Positions 49,986 through 59,931 of a DNA stretch of 59,931 bases are shown here, piece after piece. Numbering within the stretch: position 1 is the first letter of the stretch; each line of letters opens with the position of its first letter. A program made the translations under genes and the position numbers. The notes below the pieces were generated by a model. It saw only the letters and a program-made list of their open reading frames with translations, did not search any database and was not told where the DNA came from. The stretch comes from Geosiphon pyriformis uo1 (taxonomy: Eukaryota; Fungi; Glomeromycota): the NCBI GenBank assembly GCA_016748015.1, contig JAAOMT010000760.1, forward strand, positions 925,234-985,164. The letters are read 5' to 3'.

Positions 49986-52900
49986 ATTCTACAGAGAACC
50001 AGTACCATCAACAATTATCCAAAAGTGGCAAAATCAGAAATAATAGAAACAAACTATTTAAAATTTGCCAAATTTTTATTCTAAAAATATCAATAATAGT
50101 TAAGATTAAACAACAATTATTTTCCAGCCAAATTAGTTTTTAATTTTTATGTTAATAAAAAAATTGTATAATTTTTAAAAGAACAAACAGATTCGAAATC
50201 AGTAAGAAAAAATTTCTATAGTGAATTATTTCAATACATTAGCTTACTATTAAATTACAATTTTGCTACAATTATTATTAAAATTAATTGCAAAATTAAA
50301 AGATATATTTAGCAAAAATTTTTAATTATATTTATAAACAAAAACAAGATATAAATATCAATAAACATATTTAAAATAATATAACTACTAAACTAGAAAA
50401 AATTTAGAGTTATTTTTCTAATACATCTATTGTACTATTATATTCCAAGAAGTATTATCAACATACTATTAGAATTTGTATTATTATTAACAATTAAATC
50501 AACTATTGCAAAAGTTTTGTTTTAAAACAATCAAAAAATTCCAAGTTATTAGAAACTTATGACAATTATTTTAAAGAATTTAAGTTACAATTAACAATAT
50601 TATTAAAACTTCAATTACTGTTATCTTAATTAAATTTTAGATTTATTAATAATTAAGCAGAAACCAAATTAGAAGAAAATAATAATTATAATTAATTAAA
50701 ATTTAATCTCAAATAACTTAGAAGTCTAAATTTTAATTATTTAATCTTAGCAAAACTTAAACAATCTAAACTCCACTTTTATTTTTTAGCAAAACTTATT
50801 TTTAGTTATTTAAATTAATTCACTAATTGCACTAATAACCACTTTTTAACTACCATAATAATTTGTACTAATGATATACATATTTATTACCAAATTAAAA
50901 AAATTTACAGGTAAAAAAAATAATATTTAAGCTTGGTTTAATAATGTAGCCAAAACAATTATAGTAGTTAAAATAATACCAAAACTTTTTAAGCAATTTT
51001 TTATTTTATAAAATATTGTTAATTCATTGTATTAGAGTTTTATAAACAAATTCCAAAATTTTAACATGTTCAAAACTGTATATCTATAGTATTTTAATGA
51101 TTATAATAGCATCAATTACTTATTAACTGGCTTTACTATTATTAAACAAAATAATAATGAAACAGTTATTACTTATTTAAAATGTTTCTACAAAAATTTG
51201 TGACAAATTTAAACAATTAACACTTACTACTTTACAGCATCACAGATCTTGAACTAATTTATTTGTGAATTATGTAGCAGTTTATTACAATAAATACAGT
51301 TATTATATTCAAATACACTTTAAAATACAATTATTTATATCAGAGATTTTGAATCAGCTAAACTCAAAATCAACTATATCTAAGCCATAAATTTAGTAAT
51401 AAATAAATTATCTGAATTGAATACCAAATTAAAACAATTTGGCTAGACAATTAATTGGAAGATTAATAAATACTTAGCTAATAATTAGGCAATTTATTAG
51501 TTTTTTTAATATTACAATAATCTAAGAAACTATAATTATAATTTTAATTAGTTATTTTATTATTATTAGCAAATTAATATAACAATAAAAAACATATATT
51601 TACTACTATTAGCATAAATAAAGACATATTAAAACAGACTGTTATTCAAAAATAAATAGTTTATGATTAAGAAATTAATATAAAAATCTTAATTACAGAT
51701 TTCAAACCCAGAACTATGCCAGTAATTTATTATTAGAACAATATTAGTATTAACTTTATTACTCTCAAATAATATAACAACCAATATATTTATTTTTAAT
51801 TTATTAAACACTAGCACTAATAATTTATTAATTATTAACTTCAACAAATTCAAATACAGCTCCAGATTTTAATCCAAATTACTAATGAAAATTAAAGACT
51901 AAAAATCAATTACACTTAACAAAATAGAATATCAACAATAATTATACATTAACCAATCTTCAGTTCTTCAAACCAGCCATCAAAATAACATTCAAAAAAT
52001 TTGAAAAATGAATATATTCAAAATTCAAATTTTTAGAGCTATTTAAATCTCTTAGCCATCTTAGTAAACAATCTATTTAACAATTTGAAAATCCAAAAAT
52101 ACTTGACAACAATATACTACCTGCTATTATTATAAAAAATAAGTTACTTGTTACAATATTCTCTTTTAAATTTAAAGAACCAGTAATAATGCCTCTTTTT
52201 AATAAAGCCATTTTTAATACTAAACCAATTATTATTATGTATGCTAATGTTAAAGTTAATTGTTAATTTATCAAACTAATTCTTGATAATGGTTTAGCAA
52301 ACAGTATTATTATATAACAACTCATAAATAAATTAAATTACTAAGTTAATTAAGCTACTAGCATTAAAATTATTACTGTTAATAAAATAATAAAAACTTT
52401 TATTGGCAAAATTAATAACTTTCTTTTTAAAATTAATGATATTATTGTGTTAATCAAAGTTTTAGTTATGAAAGCCATACAATATCAAGCTTTAGTTGAT
52501 AACAAGTGGCTGTTCAAAACCAATACTATGTTTGACTAGAACACCCAAAAATTTTAACTAACATATACTGGACAGTATAGTCGAGTTTTAGCTATCTGTA
52601 GTTACTTCAAAACATCTACCACTACTTAACAACTGCCATTAATTAAGTTTGAAAAAGAAAAAAAAAACCTACTTAAGAAGTCTATTAAGTATTATAAGCC
52701 AAGAAAAAATACAATAAACTATTACCAATACTTACTTGAAAAAAATAAAATAAATAAATCTCAAGCTACTATCTTTACAGAAAAACTGACAAATGATTGG
52801 TTTATCCTATATTTGACACCAAAACCAAGAAAACATTTATTCTATATTCTACTTAAATACAAAAACTACAATAAAAAGCTTTTATTTATGAGAGTTTGTA

Positions 52901-55715
52901 TCTTTTTAAAAAAAGAACATAAAACACATACTTGTTACTATTGTAAAACATGTCATTGAAAACACTTTGAATACCCAAAATAACAAAAAAAATAAGACAA
53001 TAAACTATGTCTCACTTATAAAGAAATATCACTTAACAAAAAAATATGGAATAATATTCTTAGTTAAAAAAAAATATACAATATATTGTGCCAATACACA
53101 ATTTTTATTAATAACTAGATAAGCAGAGAAATATCTTTTAATATTATATAAAACAAAGTTTTTTATGTTTAAATAACTATCTATATAATAAAAATAAAAT
53201 TTGACAAATAATAAATGCCAAAATTAAAAATGTTTTATTTAGTAAAATATTAGTAATTAAAAACAACTCATTAGAATTTGTTAAAACCATTCTTATTTCA
53301 AACTCAGATATATTTGTTGACATTATAAATAATCCAAAATAATTTTATAAACATTATCAAGATCTAACACCTATATAAAAAAAATAAAAACAGCATTTAG
53401 AATAATTAAATACTAGACTTTATAAACATTGTTTTATTTTTAATGACTTTAAATATTATAACAATTATGTATAAATATTTTAATTCCCAAAAAATATCCA
53501 ATTAACAAATGCATTTCAGAATTAGAATTAAAATTTAATCATAATTTAGATTCTAATAATAATAATAATACTAATTTTAATACTATTTATAATAACAACA
53601 ACAATAATAATGATTAAAACTTTAATAAAAATTTCAAACAATATATTACACTTTTAGATCTTTCAAGAGAGCAAAAACTTAAATAGTTTAATAATAATAA
53701 CAAAAATATTATATTAGAATACATATATAATACTAATGCAGAATTTAATCTCAGATATTGTAAGAAAACTGCCATCAAATTGAAATCTTATTTAAACACT
53801 AGCATAGATTTAAAATTAGCACTAAAAATTCTAACAACAACAATAATAATACAATTAACATCTAAATCTAGTTTAGAAAAAAAAAATAATATTAAAAAAG
53901 AAATAATTTACACAAAATATGTAGAAAATATTATTTTAATAGTACAAAATAAATTAGAAAAAGCATATATCATTGAATTCAATAAAAAGATAACACAAAC
54001 AATATTTTTGTTTTTAGTAAAAATAGCTCAATTAATATCAATAGAAACAAAGAAAGAATTAAAGATAATAACACAAAAGATAAATAGATTTGGATTAACA
54101 AAAAAAGTAGAGATATCAATTAATATGACAAAAAAAAACAATTAATTATATAGAAATTATTTTTATTCATCAATCAATTTCTATTCTATCATATAACCTA
54201 TACATATTAATTAAAAAAAAGAAAATAAAAGATTAATTCCAGATTTTTGAAATTAAACTTATTATTTGTAACTTAAAAAAAATTGCTGTTACTAATCTAT
54301 ATATATCATCCAAAAATCATAAATACATCAAGATCTCAATATACAACATAATTAAAAATTCAATAGAAATATCAAGTAAAATTATTATTAAATACTTAAT
54401 ACTAAAGTTAAAGATCAATCACTAATTATTATTTCAGATTGTTCACAACTTTGTAAATATGTAAACATTATATTACAGACTATCTATGAATAAAAAAAAA
54501 TGCTATTTGTTACAATCAGAACAATTAGAGCAAATAAACTTGAAAAACTTAAACTTATTCTAAAGTATTTAAATTAAGCTACTACTTAATATAAGATTAA
54601 AACTAAAGATATAATATCAATTAAACAAAAAACATATTAAATACTATCTATTAGTCATGAAATCATTTGTCAAAAAATTAACTATATATTGGGCAATAAA
54701 TTAATTTAACTATTAATGAATCTATAATTATTATCAGTAGTATTTATCTGAAAAAAGAATGAAAAGATTTGTTTTTGTGTAGATTATAAAAAACTTAACA
54801 GTATTATTTATAGAAACAATTATTTAATTTTACAAATTCAAAAATTATTTGATATTTTTAGAGAAAAAAAATAGTTATTGGCAAGTAGTTATAAATTCAG
54901 CCAACAAAAAAAAATAGCATTTACTATTAAAGAAAGGAATTTTAAATTTGATATTATGTTTTTTGGCTTAATTAATACTCCAGCTACTTTTTAATGACTA
55001 ATGGAAATTGTTTATACTAGATTATTATGGAAATTAATAGTAGTTTACTTAAATAATACCAATGTATTTTTTAAGACATTTGATAATTATATCTACTATC
55101 TTCAATAAGTGTTTAAAAAATTAAGAAAAACAGAGTTAAAATTAAATACTACTAAGTATTTTTTTGGAAAAACTGAACTTAAGTTTTTGGAATATATTAT
55201 AAACAAAAATGATATTAAAATAGATTCAAATAAAATTAAGATAATTAAAAACTTTTCAGTACTAACAAACTTAATAAAACTAAGTGCATTTTTGAAATTT
55301 ACTAAATATTATTATTGTTTTATTCAAAATTTTCTAAACTGGCTTAATTACTATATCAGCTTTAAGCAAAAAATACCAAATATAAATAAACTGAGAAACA
55401 ACAAAAAGCTTTTAATATATTAAAAAGAAAGCTTATTTAAATTTCAATATTAATCTACTTAAATTACAGCAAACTATTCATTATTACTATTAAGAACAAT
55501 ACTATTACAAAAAAAATTGAATAGACAAAAACATTTAGTAATATATGTCAACAAAAATTTAAGTCCAGCTAAAAAGAACTATAGCATTTTAGTATTAAAA
55601 CATTTAATCATTTACTGAACTATTATTAAATAGAAAAATATTTAAGTCAAAAATTCGATATATATACTAACCACAAAAAATTAACATTGATTTAAAAGCA
55701 AAAATTTGGAAATAA
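49986..55715 (+). mobile_element. Gypsy B3, 5' half (gag, PR, Cys-rich, dUTPase, RT, most of RNase H); 5' LTR and PBS missing
   Basis: Colinear with B2 from about 33318 to 40311, without the solo LTR. Confidence 0.88.
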
Positions 55716-55803
55716 TATTATTAAAAGACTTAAATAATTCTAGAAATTTGGGTTTTAGGTGTATTCATTTCATAAATTTTATTTTTGTAATCTTAATAAT
55801 AGG
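55716..55803 (-). mobile_element. Right-hand remnant of B1 (gag fragment and terminus)
   Basis: Reverse complement matches B gag 35443-35525, ends in TAATA, and is followed by TTAT, the B1 TSD. Confidence 0.65.
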
Positions 55804-58056
55804 TGTTACTAAAAATTTTTGGTCTCTTTTTTTGAATGTTGTTAATGCTTGTTAACTGTGAATTCATGTTTTCTGGAAGTAGTTAGATCTCTGATAACAG
55901 AATTTAGCTTTAAATTATCTCCTATAATTTGAACTACTGAACTTATAAGTAAAATAACCAATTCTATGCCAGTTATTTTATGTAATTACATTGTAGTAAA
56001 TATTAATTTTTTTTTAGGAATTGCTCATTTGAAAGCTCACTAAAAATGTATAGCTACTTTGCTGTAAAAGTCAACTCTTTTACAGGAATCTTATCTGTAG
56101 ACTATTCTAAAAATTATAATAAAAAAAGTAAAAAAAAATATAAAAAATATAAAAAAAATAAAATATTGTCAAGAAAAACATTTTTTATTCAGATCTGGAG
56201 TTACTAACAGATTATTGAAATTGGTAGCTAATCAATTTTAAAACATTAATTGGGTTTTGTGAATTTCAAGTATAATAATTAAAAATTTGGTTTTTGAATA
56301 TTTAATTTTTATTTGATTTTGTAAGAATATATAAGAGATGATTTGTTTTAATTAAAATATTTAAAATAAGATATATTTTCTTGAAAAAAAAAGTTCTTTT
56401 ATACAACTTGCTATAGTACTAGTCTTTAAACTTGCACTTTTCTCTTTGCTATAATTTTGATAAACTAAAGATATATTTCAGCAAATTACAAGTTATTTCT
56501 ACAAACTATTGATTATTTTAGCCAATTTTTACTAATTTCGGCGAATTTTTAAATATTAAATAGTTTAAAGTATTGTGTAATTTAATTATTTTAATTTCTA
56601 TGATACAAATTGGGTTATTAATTGAATAATAATATTTGATAATTTAATTAAATAATAAGTGATAATTGAAATAATAATAATATATACTAATTAATACTAA
56701 GAATTAAAAGAGTAATTTTATGTTAATTAATAGCTAAAATTTTATTAATAACATAATCTTCTTCTCAAAACTGAGCTTTATCAAAGTTCAAGTACTATCT
56801 GTAATATTGAGATAGTGATTCAAAATAATTGTAGTAATTTGGTCTGAAAATTGTTGAAATTTTAGTTTTGTAAGTTTGCCAATGTATTATATCTTCATTG
56901 GTTGGAGTATTAAATTTTGTAAGATATTTTCACAAGTATTAAATAAGTTATAAAGTTTAAGAGCTGCTTTAAGTTTGTAGTAAGTGTTTGTTGGTCCAGC
57001 TGCTGTCTTAATTTGTTGTGAATTTGTTTTTGTATAACTTCAAAAGTGAGATTTGTTGTTTCAAGTTCTAGTTTTTGTTTATAAAGTATTTTTCTAATAT
57101 GAAAATATCTATAAATAAGAGTATAGTCATTTTTTTGTGTATTGAGAAATAGTAAAAGTTTTTGTTAGATTGTGGCATTTGGTGAAATATCAATAGAAGC
57201 AATTAAAAAGTTTTTTTTAGAGCTTGCTTTAAAAGTTCTGGTAAATAACTTCCAAAATAACTTTATGTGTTTTTTTAATAAGAATATTAATTCTGAGAAT
57301 TATTTATTACTAATATTATAGTTTTTTTTTAGATATATTTAATTTAACTTTTATTAATTGTTATGGATAAATCAGAAAGTGTTTTAAAGCTAACATTAAT
57401 TTTGAGATAATTGTTAAATGTTTTGGGAAATAATCATAATAAAAAAATGACTAACTAAGAATAAAATTTGAAAAAAATAAAAAAAATTATTTTTGAATAT
57501 AAGGTTTTCTATTTGTTTTTGGGTTTAGATATTTCTTGTAATTATTTACTATTTTTGTTTTATGTTTGTATTATTAAAAAAAATTATTATAAATAATGTT
57601 AAATTAAGTATTCAAGTTTGGTTGTTGTTTTATTACAACTATTTGTTCTAACTTTCAAAGAATATCTTCAGAATTAATTAAAAAAAATGCATACCAATTT
57701 GTAGAATTAGTAATTCAGAATAATTTGAACTGATAGTTTTTTAATTAATTACTATGTGCAACTTTTACTAAAACTTTGTTATTAAGTCTTAACATATATG
57801 ATTTATTGTCTTAAATTTCATAAATATAGAATAGTCTATTCTATTTATGTTTAAATTTCTCACTTTATTGTTTTTTAGCCTTAGTTTTATGTAAAAAAAT
57901 TTTGTTTTCAATTTTAAATTCATTAGTAATTGGTGGTAATTTGTTGTTATGCCATTTTTTTATTGAATTTAAGAGTATTTAATATGAATTGCTGCTATTT
58001 ATTGTTTTCCTTCTAAAGTACTAAGCAGGGTGTAAGCTCTTTGTTGAAGTGTTTCT
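55804..58056 (-). mobile_element. Gypsy A2, 3' part (integrase C-terminus, ORF3, PPT, 3' LTR 55804-56753)
   Basis: Reverse complement matches A1 11899-14125 and continues exactly from 45990. Confidence 0.92.
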
Positions 58057-59380
58057 GATGTAAACACTTTGGAAGTCTTGAGATGAAGAGATAGAAACAT
58101 TTTATAATCCACAGCCAGGTAGTCCAATTCTTGACATCTAAAACATTGCCAACAGTCAGAAATTTCCCATTAGATACAGCATTTTCTTAGTGTATTAGTC
58201 TTGACTATAGCAACATTTAAATTTTTTTGAAATTCAAATATAATTAAAGTAAACCAGAAACAATAACCAGAATCAAAAAATAAAGAATGAAACATATCAA
58301 ACCACCAACTTAAAAAATTATATTACTGATTTAAAAGACTGTACAGCCAGAGAGAAGATTGACCAATTTGGTCTTAAATCTGTTATAAAACAGAATAGTC
58401 TTATTTTAATTTATCAAAAGAAAGATCTTAACACTATTTTTGCTCACCAAAACTGATTAATAATTTGATGCGAATACAACATAATCCAATTTCTTAAAAT
58501 AAACCACTACATATTGCCAAATACCAATTGGCTTCAGTACAATATAAGTAACAGTACTAAAAACACCAAAAGCTGTCTTAATGTCAGCAGCAAACATATT
58601 TAAAAGCATATCATACAGCACAACAGCAGCAAAAAGAAAGCCAAATTCAGAAATTACTAAAGACTTGGCAATTTTAAAGTGGTTAAACAAACAGAACTTG
58701 TAAGTTCAACTAGAAATGCAGCTTCCAAAAACTTTTGAGAAGCAAATTCTACACAAAAAAGCTTTACATTGTCTTTTAATACTGATTTTACATTCAAAAA
58801 ACCATGTACAGACTGAAAAACAGTCTTAAAATAAGCCAATTTAATTTTGAAAGTAGCATCAGAGTAAAGATTATTCACTTAGCAAATCTTTGATAATTAT
58901 TAATAGTTTTTTAAACATTACCAAAAGTAGCACCAGAAACTAGAAAAGATAATAAATTTGTTTTTATTTAATTAGTTTAGTTCTCCAGAACAGATAACCT
59001 ACAGAAAGAAATTGTTTTACTTTTAAAACCAGTAAAGATTTACCAGAAAACACCACATTAGGCAATATAGTCAATAGTTGATTTTAGTCTATCTTGAATA
59101 ATGTGTTGAATGATACAACAGAGATTTTATTTAAGATCTTATTGAAAACCATAAAAAAGTTCGATATAACAATAGCAGAGACAAGTAATTGCTCTTACTT
59201 TTCAGAATTTTTGGTTTTTTTGAACATTTTTTTTGAAGAGGTAGTGTTATTAGAACCAGATGTTGAAGCTATAAAAAAAAACCAGTTTGTTTATTGATTT
59301 ATTATTAAAAACTTTTGGGCTTTTAGTTGGAGTAAAGACAATATTGAGATTAATTTAAGTATGTATCTGTGAAAGAAAGA
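58057..59380 (-). mobile_element. ORF1-only LINE derivative E1, 5' part
   Basis: RRM-like ORFs 58657-58878 and 58457-58690; decayed knuckle CFRCQELDYLAVDY. Reading continues at 45991. Confidence 0.8.
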
Positions 59381-59931
59381 GATATTTATAGGAATAAAGA
59401 TATTTATAAAGATAGGAATAGAGAGAAATAGGGATAGAGAGGAATAAGGATAAGGATAGGGATAGGGATAGGGATAGGGATAGGGATAGGGATAGGGATA
59501 GGGATAGGGATAGGGATAGGGATAGGGATAGGGATAGGGATAGGGTTAGGGATAGGGTTAGGGATAGGGTTAGGGATAGGGATAGGGTTAGGGTTAGGGT
59601 TAGGGATAGGGATAGGGTTAGGGATAGGGATAGGGTTAGGGTTAGGGTTAGGGATAGGGTTAGGGATAGGGATAGGGTTAGGGTTAGGGATAGGGATAGG
59701 GTTAGGGATAGGGATAGGGATAGGGTTAGGGTTAGGGTTAGGGTTAGGGTTAGGGTTAGGGTTAGGGTTAGGGTTAGGGTTAGGGTTAGGGTTAGGGTTA
59801 GGGTTAGGGTTAGGGTTAGGGTTAGGGTTAGGGTTAGGGTTAGGGTTAGGGTTAGGGTTAGGGTTAGGGTTAGGGATAGGGTTAGGGATAGGGATAGGGT
59901 TAGGGTTAGGGTTAGGGTTAGGGTTAGGAGA
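59381..59931 (+). repeat. Telomere: decayed repeats, (ATAGGG)15, mixed ATAGGG/TTAGGG, then mostly TTAGGG
   Basis: Hexamer array to the end of the sequence, with the G-rich strand running 5'->3' toward the end. Confidence 0.97.

Noticed and set aside
59929-59931. Terminal AGA as a telomere variant
   Set aside because: Three bases at the contig end; more likely adapter residue or sequencing error.

Overview
This is a eukaryotic, fungal-type chromosome end. After the last 30 codons of a probable protein kinase gene (2-94), almost the whole window is a nest of dead retrotransposons ending in a telomere of mixed ATAGGG/TTAGGG repeats. The nest holds (i) RNase H-bearing LINEs and ORF1-only derivatives that share the LINE 3' stem-loop tail, and (ii) three families (A, B, C) of Ty3/Gypsy LTR elements or LTRs. 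Families A and B have an unusual layout: gag-protease-Cys-rich domain-dUTPase-RT-RNase H, a stop, a separately initiated integrase ORF, and a third non-env ORF. All six two-sided LTR target-site duplications are 4 bp and are centred on CG or its deamination products, which suggests CpG-targeted integration. Split elements reveal a reciprocal 12-kb inversion (45991-58056). Undoing it leaves four LINE-type elements head-to-tail with their 5' ends toward the telomere. A Tn5 mosaic end (49967-49985) marks an assembly artefact. All elements are decayed by C>T/G>A transitions. The element proteins resemble, from memory only, Glomeromycotina (Geosiphon-like) repeats; this is unverified. Boundaries in the most AT-rich relics are approximate.
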